Shown here: one piece after another, positions 1 to 7,808 of the stretch
Numbering within the stretch: position 1 is the stretch's first letter
How the letters are laid out: each line of letters begins with the position of its first letter
Position numbers and translations under genes: made by a program
The notes under the pieces: model-generated
Databases searched by the model: none
What the model saw: only the letters and a program-made list of their open reading frames with translations
What the model was told of the DNA's origin: nothing
Source: an uncultured Thermosphaera sp.
Lineage (GTDB): Archaea; Thermoproteota; Thermoprotei_A; Sulfolobales; Desulfurococcaceae
Length of the DNA: 24,000 nt
Assembly: GCA_964564855.1 (NCBI GenBank)
Contig: CAZMCE010000009.1
Coordinates: 1 to 24,000, forward strand
Direction: 5' to 3'

Positions 1-41
1 TGTTAGGAGGCTTCATGAACAATTTTGGTGAGTACGCTTGA
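1..41 (+). CDS. 3' end of an upstream CDS cut by the window edge (product unknown)
   Basis: Frame 3 is open from the window edge (..LGGFMNNFGEYA*). Its TGA (39-41) overlaps the TTG start of the next gene as TTGA, a typical coupled-gene junction. Too short to identify. Confidence 0.25.
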   Translation, partial: LGGFMNNFGEYA

Positions 42-1201
42 AGATTCTTATATCAGAGTATGTATTGAGTACTTACCAGTATCACTACCTTGAATTACTC
101 CCAGAAGCATATGCCATGGTGATCTCGCTCGCTGAGACACTCAGTGCAGCTGGCTGTGAGGTGTACTTGACTCTTAGTGATAAGATTTCTAGAATATTGT
201 GGGATAGAGTAGTTACCGTAAGTAGTGAGTCTGAATACTATCACCTAGTGGAGCGAGTCAGAGAATACTTTGACTGGGTAGTACTTATTGCTCCTCCATT
301 AGAGCTTATTAAGTTGTCTAAAATAGTTGGCGAGAAGCTCTTGGGTCCATCACATTTTCTAGTAGAGGCTTTTTCAGATAAGCTCAATACTTATATAGTT
401 CTCGAGAAGTGCGGTATTAAAACCCCCCGATCTATATCCGTGGACAGCCTGCACATTGATCGTTCTCGTATAAAAGAATTGAACCCCCCTTATATAATAA
501 AGCCTACTCTCCTAGCCGGTTCTGAGTGTGTTTACTTTGCTAGAGATGAGGATGAGGCTTTGCAGTATGCGCGTAGAGTTATAAAATGTGATCCTAGTGG
601 TAGAGCTCTAATACAGGAGTATGTGAGTGGTATACATGGAAGTATATCAGTTATTTATGGAAGAGGTGGTTACTTACTTTATTCTCTAAACTTGCAACTA
701 ATAATTTTAGATGGGAGTAGACTTAGATATGTGGGTGGAGTACTTCCTATTAGGAACCACGTGTTCAGGAGAAGAGCTGAGATAGTTCTCAGTAAGCTTT
801 ACGAGAGTTTTCCAGAGCTCAGAGGCTATATTGGTTTAGACGTTGTGTGGGGTAGAGATGATATGTATGTTATCGAAGTAAATCCTAGAGCTACAACCTC
901 AATTATTGGTATCTATGAGATATTTTCACGACTAGGTGAGTTTTTAATTAAATCTGTGAGTATACAGAAGGATGTAGGTGAACACTACTTTCTAGGAGAC
1001 TTGGTGCGTGATTATACTTATTACCTTATACTAGATAAGACTATTCCAACACACAGCAATGAGAAGAGTATTAGTGTAAAGGATTCTCCCCGCAGTATTC
1101 TAGTAGGTAAGTCAAAGTCTAGAGACGGTGTTTTAAGTAGAATAGCAGAACTAGTTTCTATAAATAAATTAGCTTATAACCTTCACGAAACTATCTTATG
1201 A
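38..1201 (+). CDS. ATP-grasp family ligase, possibly an MfnD-like / C1-cofactor (methanofuran or H4MPT) biosynthesis ligase
   Basis: 387-aa ORF with a TTG start preceded by GGTGAG (27-32). ATP-grasp hallmarks are IIKPTLLAGSECV, LIQEYVSG and the E-x-N metal/ATP motif YVIEVNPR. The N-terminal 'ILISEY..' pre-ATP-grasp domain resembles MfnD-type ligases. Sub-family placement is tentative. Confidence 0.7.
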   Translation: MKILISEYVLSTYQYHYLELLPEAYAMVISLAETLSAAGCEVYLTLSDKISRILWDRVVTVSSESEYYHLVERVREYFDWVVLIAPPLELIKLSKIVGEKLLGPSHFLVEAFSDKLNTYIVLEKCGIKTPRSISVDSLHIDRSRIKELNPPYIIKPTLLAGSECVYFARDEDEALQYARRVIKCDPSGRALIQEYVSGIHGSISVIYGRGGYLLYSLNLQLIILDGSRLRYVGGVLPIRNHVFRRRAEIVLSKLYESFPELRGYIGLDVVWGRDDMYVIEVNPRATTSIIGIYEIFSRLGEFLIKSVSIQKDVGEHYFLGDLVRDYTYYLILDKTIPTHSNEKSISVKDSPRSILVGKSKSRDGVLSRIAELVSINKLAYNLHETIL

Positions 1202-1259
1202 ATTAGAAATATTATGAGATGAAACACGGTTATTAATGTAGTGTTATAATTAGAGAACG

Positions 1260-3140
1260 TTGTTAATAAGGGTGGTTAAAGTGCCGATTGTCACGCTTAA
1301 ACCTGGAGATATTAGTGTAAAAGCCGAGAAGGGTTCTACACTACTCCAAGTGATTCAAAGAGCGGGAATACCTCTAGCTAGTATTTGTGGTGGGAGGGGT
1401 GTTTGTGGTAAGTGTAGGGTAGTAGTGCTAGGTGGTGTTGAAAACCTAGATCACTTGACAAATGCTGAGATGAGATTACTAAGACCTCAAGATATTGAAA
1501 AGAGAGTAAGGTTAGCTTGTCAAGCTAGAATTATTGGAGATTATATATCTATCTATATACCAGAGGAGTCTCTCATAGTCTCTCGCGGAAGAGCAATAGC
1601 ACCAGTCACTCTAAGAGATGATATTTTCCCCTTAAACCCTGTTGTTAAGAAAGTACATGTTAAATTACCTAGACCGACTCTAGAAGATAATAGATCAGAT
1701 CTTGAGAGGCTTAGAGAAGCATTAGTAAAGCGAGGTTATCTGCCTGCAGAACAGGACTTACTCATACCTCTAGAAGTTCTCCGCGAATTACCCTCTATTC
1801 TAAGAACAAGTAACTGGGATATAACAGTTGTCTTATATGGAAATGAGTTAATCTCTGTAGAGCCTGGTAATACTACTAGTAAACTTTATGGCGTAGCTGT
1901 TGATATTGGCACATCTAAGATCATTGTGCATTTAGTGGATTTAAATAGTGGTATAACTCTCGCAGAGGACTCTTTAGAAAATCCTCAATTAACCTATGGT
2001 GCTGATGTTGTGTCTAGGATTATGTATGCAGAGAAGTCTCAAGAAAATCTAATTAAATTACAACAACTTGTTGTCTCAGCAATAAACAATGTTATTAGAG
2101 ATCTCGCCGAGAAGGTCAAAATAGATCAGAGAGACATATATGAGGTAGTAATAGTAGGAAATACGGTTATGCATCACTTGTTCTTCGGTATTCAGCCGAG
2201 TTTTATAGCACGCTCCCCCTATGTACCAGTTATTTCTCGCTCCTTTAAGTGTAAGGCTAAAGAAATTGGCGTAGAAATTAATAGGTACGGATATGTCTAT
2301 TCTCACCCAGTTATAAGAGCCTATGTAGGTGCAGATGCCGTAGCTAATGTTCTAGCTACCCAAATGTATAAGATAGATGAGCTTGTTTTAACTATAGATA
2401 TAGGGACTAATACAGAGGTTCTCTTAGGTAACTCAGAGATTATACTTGCAGCATCTGCTCCAGCAGGTCCTGCCTTTGAGGGTGTTGGCATTACTTATGG
2501 TATGAGAGCTGTGCTAGGAGCTATTGGGTCTATTAGAGTCAACGGCTTAGATGTAGAGTACGAAACTATTGGGGGAGCTAAGCCAAGAGGGATTTGTGGT
2601 ACTGGCTTAATAGACCTTGTAGCTGAGCTATATAGAAATGGAATTATAGATTATCTCGGTAGGTTCACGGCAATTAATCACCCGAGAGTGCATAGAGAGC
2701 GGGGATTACATAGATTTATCGTAGTACCTGCTGAGGAGAGCGCTACTGGGGCAGAGATATATGTGACACTCAGAGATATAGAAACTATTCTACTAGCTAT
2801 AGCTGCTATTAAAGCAGCGTGGACTATACTGTCGAGGAGACTGGGCATAGACCCATTAGAGATCAAGCGAATATATGTAGCTGGTTCTTTTGGTGCAAGA
2901 TTAAATGTTGATAACGCCATCGAAGTAGGACTACTTCCTCCAATTAGCAAAGAAAAAATTATATTTGTAGGAGAAAGTGCTATTGTAGGCGCTAAAATAG
3001 CCTTAAAATCCTCTGAGGCTAGGAGAGAGATAGAAGGAATAGTAGAGAATAAAATTAAGTACGTAGAGCTCTCAGCAGACCCTGAATTTCGCGAGGTATA
3101 TGTTAAGTCAATAAGAATAGGTAGTGGTAGTAAGAGCTAA
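1260..3140 (+). CDS. RACo-like reductive activator of a corrinoid protein ([2Fe-2S] ferredoxin + ASKHA ATPase), paralogue 1
   Basis: 626-aa ORF. It has an N-terminal plant-type 2Fe-2S motif (CGGRGVCGKCRV ... LAC) and ASKHA/actin-fold motifs AVDIGTSK, VGNTVMHHL, IDIGTNTE, APAGPAFEG and ICGTGLID. The real start may be GTG at 1281 (MPIVTLKPG..), which is preceded by GGGTGG. Confidence 0.85.
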   Translation: MLIRVVKVPIVTLKPGDISVKAEKGSTLLQVIQRAGIPLASICGGRGVCGKCRVVVLGGVENLDHLTNAEMRLLRPQDIEKRVRLACQARIIGDYISIYIPEESLIVSRGRAIAPVTLRDDIFPLNPVVKKVHVKLPRPTLEDNRSDLERLREALVKRGYLPAEQDLLIPLEVLRELPSILRTSNWDITVVLYGNELISVEPGNTTSKLYGVAVDIGTSKIIVHLVDLNSGITLAEDSLENPQLTYGADVVSRIMYAEKSQENLIKLQQLVVSAINNVIRDLAEKVKIDQRDIYEVVIVGNTVMHHLFFGIQPSFIARSPYVPVISRSFKCKAKEIGVEINRYGYVYSHPVIRAYVGADAVANVLATQMYKIDELVLTIDIGTNTEVLLGNSEIILAASAPAGPAFEGVGITYGMRAVLGAIGSIRVNGLDVEYETIGGAKPRGICGTGLIDLVAELYRNGIIDYLGRFTAINHPRVHRERGLHRFIVVPAEESATGAEIYVTLRDIETILLAIAAIKAAWTILSRRLGIDPLEIKRIYVAGSFGARLNVDNAIEVGLLPPISKEKIIFVGESAIVGAKIALKSSEARREIEGIVENKIKYVELSADPEFREVYVKSIRIGSGSKS

Positions 3141-3173
3141 AAATTCTCGCGAGTAGGTAGGAGTAATTAAAGA

Positions 3174-4097
3174 CTACTTAGCCATGAGCATTGCTTTGCC
3201 TATTTCATAGGCAGCTCTAAAGTCAAAGATTCCCTTTGGTTCTTGCAGAGCTTTCTTAATTAATTCTGCTTCAATTTTGTTTTTAAGTGTACCTATAGCT
3301 AATGCACCTACTCCATATACTCCAGGTGTAATTTCTTTTCCATCCCACTTTGGATCAAGACCTTCTATACCGTAAGGTGGAACAGCATTACAGTCTGCAA
3401 CCACTCTCACCCTTTTACCATATGTTTTTAAAACCTCTAGTGGAAGTAACTGTACTCCAGGTGCACCAGTAGCGAGAACTACATCTGCATCTTCTATAGT
3501 TTTGCCCACTTCCTCCGGGGTCTTAGCCTGGAAAGGCTTTACAACATTTGTCTTTAACTCCTCGTTAACTCTATTCGCAACTCTCTGCGCCCTAGCGAGA
3601 TCTCTCGAGGTCACAGTGACTTTTGCTGCTTTCTCGGAAGCGTAGAGCCATGTAGCTGCAACTCCAACCGGGCCTGTGCCCGCTAATACTGTAACATTTT
3701 TACCCTCAATAGTACCTAGATCCAGTTTCCGCAATACTTCTAGTGTCTTCACCACAGCTGCACTAGCTGTAGTATAAGAGCCTCTCGGGTCTACTATTAC
3801 AGAGAGCTCAAATGGTGGAAACATACACTTCTTAATTTTCTCGACAATAGCGTTTACAGTCTCTAGTTCTTTACCATTAACAAAGATCTTTGTGTACTTT
3901 ACTCCTTTAGGACCTCTAGGAAATAGTGCATCATAAACTATTTTCTCTACATCTTCTGGAGTCACGTTCTCGTACTTAAGTACTACGACGTCGGGTATGA
4001 GGTCTATTGTCATGAGTATATCAAATGGGCTTGCATGCTTATCGGTGTCAATGAATAGAAATACTGGTTTAAATTTCAGCTCAGACAAGATTCTCAC
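3174..4097 (-). CDS. mtdA: NAD(P)-dependent methylene-tetrahydromethanopterin/tetrahydrofolate dehydrogenase, MtdA type
   Basis: The 307-aa ORF is collinear, from my memory of the sequence, with Methylobacterium MtdA. Shared blocks: FIDTDKHASPFD (FDTD..PS.FD), NVTPEDV, IFVNG, PPFELSVIVDPRGSYTTASAA, GKNVTVLAGTGPVG (dinucleotide fold), VADCNAVPPYGIEGLD, YGVGALAIGTLK and GIFD...YEIGKAM. Confidence 0.8.
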   Translation of the reverse strand: MRILSELKFKPVFLFIDTDKHASPFDILMTIDLIPDVVVLKYENVTPEDVEKIVYDALFPRGPKGVKYTKIFVNGKELETVNAIVEKIKKCMFPPFELSVIVDPRGSYTTASAAVVKTLEVLRKLDLGTIEGKNVTVLAGTGPVGVAATWLYASEKAAKVTVTSRDLARAQRVANRVNEELKTNVVKPFQAKTPEEVGKTIEDADVVLATGAPGVQLLPLEVLKTYGKRVRVVADCNAVPPYGIEGLDPKWDGKEITPGVYGVGALAIGTLKNKIEAELIKKALQEPKGIFDFRAAYEIGKAMLMAK

Positions 4098-4098
4098 C

Positions 4099-4881
4099 CT
4101 ACTTCTTTCTAAGTTTCTGTAGTGCTTTTAAGAGCTCTAAATCACCCTGATAATCTCCTGCACATGTTGCTATAATCCCGTCAACAAGACCTTCAAGCCT
4201 CTCAGCGAACTCAACAGCTTTATCAATCGTTGTTGTTGGTTGCCAACCAATTTTCTTCAATATCTCTACATTGCGTGGGGTTTGAATTAAGAAGTATGTA
4301 TATATTGGTTTACCTAGCTTCTTCATCTCTACAGATACTTCTTCAAGTACTGGTAAGACTTCTGGTGTGAGTCTTGCAAAGAATGCGAAGTCCCAGCCAG
4401 TCTTTACTCTCTCAACCATGTCTTGTGCAGTAAAGCCTACTTTTGCTTTTTCACCATATCTCTCTCTCCAAGGTCTTGGTGATAAGAGACATCCAAGTTT
4501 CAGTGTCTTTATCTTAACTTTCTCTCTTAGGAAATCCCTCGCGTTCTCTGTCTTACCCCAGTACTTTGGCCCTAGTGGTTCTCCATATATGGGGTCATCA
4601 CCCATTGTTAAGACTACGCCGTCGAGGCCTACAGCCTCAGCTGCTAGTGCTAGAGCACCTACTTCTACAGGGCCTTTATAGTTTAGAATAAATATTGGTA
4701 TTACTACTTTATCAGGGTATTTTGTTTTTAAAACACAGCTAACTGCAACACCGCTTGGTGCAGGAACGCCAGCTGCACTATCAGTCACATTCCAGCCGTC
4801 AACTAGGTCTTTAGTTTCCTCAGCCATTTTTAGGAATTTTCTCGTAGGTACAAACTCGTGTAAGATCTTCATAGCACTCAC
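4099..4881 (-). CDS. Short MetF-like methylene-tetrahydrofolate/H4MPT reductase family protein
   Basis: 260-aa ORF whose stop lies 1 nt before the mtdA start. MTHFR-like blocks are HEFVPTR (cf. FEFFPPR), NVTDSAAG (cf. VTYGAGG) and VVLTMGDDP (cf. ALRGD). It is shorter than canonical MetF, and its cofactor and substrate are not deducible here. Confidence 0.6.
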   Translation of the reverse strand: MSAMKILHEFVPTRKFLKMAEETKDLVDGWNVTDSAAGVPAPSGVAVSCVLKTKYPDKVVIPIFILNYKGPVEVGALALAAEAVGLDGVVLTMGDDPIYGEPLGPKYWGKTENARDFLREKVKIKTLKLGCLLSPRPWRERYGEKAKVGFTAQDMVERVKTGWDFAFFARLTPEVLPVLEEVSVEMKKLGKPIYTYFLIQTPRNVEILKKIGWQPTTTIDKAVEFAERLEGLVDGIIATCAGDYQGDLELLKALQKLRKK

Positions 4882-4891
4882 CCGGAAAACT

Positions 4892-5542
4892 TTAACTTAG
4901 ATTGAGTTTAAAAATCTTAGCGAGCACATGCTCTATGTCAGAGACAACTAGAGACGCATCGCGAGCTGCATTAATCTCTACAAGAATCCCCTTTCTCCTA
5001 TAGTACTCTACTACAGGCGTGAGAGTTTGTCTATATAGTTGATATCTCTCTCTAACTAGTTCAGGCTCATCATCTCTTCTCCGAATAAGTGGAGTACCAC
5101 ACACGTCACATATACCAGGTCTTCTCGGAGGCCTCCACGAGATATTGTATATAGCACCACACTTAGGACATATGAGTCTTCCAGAGACCCGCTCTACGAT
5201 CACCTCGAGGGGGGCTTCAAATAAAAATACCACATCTACGCTGACAATTTTATCTAGTTCCTCTGCTTGCCTCACTGTTCTCGGATATCCATCAAGTATA
5301 AATCCCCTACTACACAGAGGGCTTTGTAAAATCCTCTTTACAACCTCCACCACAATCTCGTCTGGTACTAGGACACCCCTCTCAACATAGGGCTTAACTC
5401 TTAAGCCGAGCTCACTACCTTTAGCTATTTCCTCGCGAAAAATATCACCAGTTGAAATATGTGGAATGTTATATTTTTTACTGAGTATTTTAGCATACGT
5501 GCCTTTCCCAACACTAGGAGGCCCTATAAACACAAGCCTCAC
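4892..5542 (-). CDS. adk: Adenylate kinase, long bacterial-type with Cys4 zinc LID
   Basis: 216-aa ORF with a GTG start. Motifs: P-loop GPPSVGKGT, STGDIFR, ILDGYPRT, LID CPKCG..x..CDVCG and RRRDDE. It ends 10 nt upstream of the MetF-like gene on the same strand. Confidence 0.9.
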   Translation of the reverse strand: MRLVFIGPPSVGKGTYAKILSKKYNIPHISTGDIFREEIAKGSELGLRVKPYVERGVLVPDEIVVEVVKRILQSPLCSRGFILDGYPRTVRQAEELDKIVSVDVVFLFEAPLEVIVERVSGRLICPKCGAIYNISWRPPRRPGICDVCGTPLIRRRDDEPELVRERYQLYRQTLTPVVEYYRRKGILVEINAARDASLVVSDIEHVLAKIFKLNLS

Positions 5543-5703
5543 AACTACACACCAAGATAATATAGCCTTATTGAAATTATAAAACTACTAGTTACACGGT
5601 ACTTGTAGCGCTGTAACCCCTATTTTACCTGAGAAGCATACTCTTGAGCCGTAAAGATTTTTAATTATTTAAACATTGCGCTTTTAGTGGAGGTGTAGTA
5701 TAC
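5543..5703. promoter_or_regulatory. Divergent promoter region between adk (minus) and acd (plus)
   Basis: 161-bp AT-rich gap. A TATA-like TTTTTAATTATTTAAA (5658-5673) and GGAGGTG (5688-5694) precede the acd GTG at 5704. On the minus strand, TTTTATAATTT / CTATATTAT and GGTGTG precede the adk GTG at 5542. No transcription start sites can be verified. Confidence 0.4.
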
Positions 5704-7803
5704 GTGAAGGCGTTATTTAAGCCTAAAAGTGTAGCAGTTATTGGTGCGTCTCGAGAGCCTGGTAAAGTAGGTTATGTCGTATTAAAAAACATTATTGAGA
5801 GTGGTTATAGAGGCGAAATATACCCAGTAAATCCGAGAGCTGAGAAGATACTAGGGCTAAGTGCCTATAAGTCTATTCTAGAGGTCTCTAGTGACGTAGA
5901 CTTAGCTGTTATAGTTGTCCCAGCACAAGCTGTTCTCGACGTTATGGAGGAGTGTGGTAAGAAGAGTGTTAAGTACGCTGTTGTGATTAGTGCTGGGTTT
6001 AAAGAAATTGGTGGTGATGGTGTTGAGAGAGAGAAGAAGCTTATTGAAATTGCTAGGAAATATGGAGTTAGAGTTGTAGGACCAAACTGTCTCGGCATAA
6101 TGGACTTACACACTCCATTGAACGCTACTTTTGCATCGACGCCTGGAGTTAAAGGTGGTGTGGCTTTCATCTCGCAGAGTGGAGCACTCCTCTCAGCGAT
6201 TTTAGACTGGGCTCCTAGAGTGGGAGTGGGGTTTTCAAAAATTGTTAGTCTAGGTAATAAGGCAGATTTAAATGAAGTAGATTTCTTGGCTTATCTTGGA
6301 GAAGATCCTGAGACAAAAGTAGTACTCCTATACTTGGAGTCTATAGATCAAGGTAAGAGGTTTGTAGAAATAGGTTCTATAGTGACTAGAAAGAAGCCTG
6401 TGATACTACTTAAAGGTGGTATTACAGAGGCTGGTGCTAGAGCTGCATTAAGCCACACTGGCGCTATGGCTGGTGGAGTCACAGCACTGAGAGCAGCGCT
6501 GAGAAAAGCTGGGATTATCCAGGTGTCAACAGTTTCAGAGCTCTTTGACATGGCTATAGCGTTTAACTCACAACCAATACCAGTGGGGAGTAGAATTGGA
6601 ATTGTAACTAATGCTGGTGGTGCAGGTGTAGTAGTGTCAGACTTACTTGTATCTAGAGGATTAAAGCTCGCGGAGTTCTCAAAACACACAATAGAGTACT
6701 TGAGAAGCACTCTACCCCCAGTAGCTAGTGTGTATAATCCTGTAGATGTCATAGGTGATGCGAGGGCTGATAGATATAGGGTTGCTATTGAGGCTTTACT
6801 CAGAGATCCAAATGTGAGTGCTCTCTTAGTTATACTAACACCACAAGTTATAACTGAGCCTGAAGAGACAGCTAAAGTTATAGTAGAATTGAGTAGGAGA
6901 TACCCCTCAAAGCCTATTTTAGCCGTGTTTATAGGTGGTGAGAGAGTAGAAAAAGCCGTGAGAATACTAGTAGAGAACAATATCCCGATATATGATATGC
7001 CTGAGAGAGCTGTAGCTGCAATACTCGGACTTACTGAGTATAGTGAGATTAGAGAGCGCCTTGAGAGAGCTGTGGAACGCGTAGAGATATTTGACGTGGA
7101 CAAAGAAGGGGCTTTAGTAATTATTGAAGAAGCTAAGAGACAGAATAGAAGAGTACTATTAGAACACGAAGCTAAAGAAGTCGTAAAGCACTACGGGATA
7201 CCAATAGCACCAACAAAACTAGCCATGAACGAAGAGAGAGCTGTAGAAATTGCGAGGAAATTAGGATATCCAGTTGTAGTTAAAATAGCTTCTCCAGATA
7301 TAACACACAAGTCTGATATCGGAGGAGTTGTTGTAGGCTTAAAATCAGATGAAGAAGTTATTGAGGCGTTTAGAACAGTAATACTGAATGCTAAGAGATA
7401 CGTGCCAGCAGCTACAATTCAAGGCGTTGTTGTACAGAAGATGGTTCCTAAAGGGAGAGAAGTAATAATAGGTGCAACTAAAGACCCTGTATTTGGTCAC
7501 ATACTCATGTTTGGACTTGGAGGAGTCTACGTAGAGCTATTTAAAGATGTTTCATTTAGACTAGCACCTCTATCACTACGTGAAGCTAGAGAAATGGTTA
7601 CTGAGACAAAAGCTTATGCGTTGCTGAGAGGATTTAGAGGAGAGCCTCCAGCAGACATTAACGCCTTAGTTAATGTCCTTTTAAGAGTGAGTAAACTAGT
7701 TACAGATATCCCGCAAATAGTAGAAATGGATATAAATCCGCTCTTCGTATACGAAGAAGGTGTAGGAGCAATAGCAGTTGATGTCAGAATAATTATTGAG
7801 TAG
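5704..7803 (+). CDS. acd: Acetyl-CoA synthetase (ADP-forming), fused alpha-beta type
   Basis: 699-aa ORF. It has a CoA-binding N-terminus (KSVAVIGAS), the succinyl-CoA-synthetase-like phosphohistidine loop ALSHTGAMAG, and a C-terminal ATP-grasp half (EHEAKEVVKHYGIP) carrying the second conserved His in SPDITHKSDIGGV. Confidence 0.92.
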   Translation: MKALFKPKSVAVIGASREPGKVGYVVLKNIIESGYRGEIYPVNPRAEKILGLSAYKSILEVSSDVDLAVIVVPAQAVLDVMEECGKKSVKYAVVISAGFKEIGGDGVEREKKLIEIARKYGVRVVGPNCLGIMDLHTPLNATFASTPGVKGGVAFISQSGALLSAILDWAPRVGVGFSKIVSLGNKADLNEVDFLAYLGEDPETKVVLLYLESIDQGKRFVEIGSIVTRKKPVILLKGGITEAGARAALSHTGAMAGGVTALRAALRKAGIIQVSTVSELFDMAIAFNSQPIPVGSRIGIVTNAGGAGVVVSDLLVSRGLKLAEFSKHTIEYLRSTLPPVASVYNPVDVIGDARADRYRVAIEALLRDPNVSALLVILTPQVITEPEETAKVIVELSRRYPSKPILAVFIGGERVEKAVRILVENNIPIYDMPERAVAAILGLTEYSEIRERLERAVERVEIFDVDKEGALVIIEEAKRQNRRVLLEHEAKEVVKHYGIPIAPTKLAMNEERAVEIARKLGYPVVVKIASPDITHKSDIGGVVVGLKSDEEVIEAFRTVILNAKRYVPAATIQGVVVQKMVPKGREVIIGATKDPVFGHILMFGLGGVYVELFKDVSFRLAPLSLREAREMVTETKAYALLRGFRGEPPADINALVNVLLRVSKLVTDIPQIVEMDINPLFVYEEGVGAIAVDVRIIIE

Positions 7804-7808
7804 TCAGG

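Noticed and set aside
6-41. GGAGG followed by ATG (15) giving an 8-codon mini-ORF MNNFGEYA*
   Set aside because: The frame is open back to the window edge and its stop overlaps the next gene's TTG start (TTGA). It is better explained as the C-terminal end of a truncated upstream gene than as a leader peptide.
5585-5608. Imperfect inverted repeat CTACTAGT-n8-ACTTGTAG in the adk/acd divergent promoter region
   Set aside because: It is only 8 bp with one mismatch in an AT-rich spacer, well within chance expectation, with no second copy elsewhere in the window. It might be an operator, but the sequence alone does not support calling it.
6348-7103. 251-aa ORF on the minus strand. Similar antisense ORFs occur at 2076-2306, 2678-2950, 4367-4681, 5145-5390, 5865-6170, 7868-8056, 8360-8677, 11256-11471, 12457-12789, 12964-13317, 13497-13896, 14047-14778, 15046-15234, 15626-15844, 16346-16717, 17044-17250, 18210-18836, 19345-19533 and 21106-21546.
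   Set aside because: All lie entirely inside, and antisense or out of frame to, long ORFs with strong family motifs. Their translations are low-complexity (S/T/A/L/P-rich) with no recognisable domains, which is typical of shadow ORFs.
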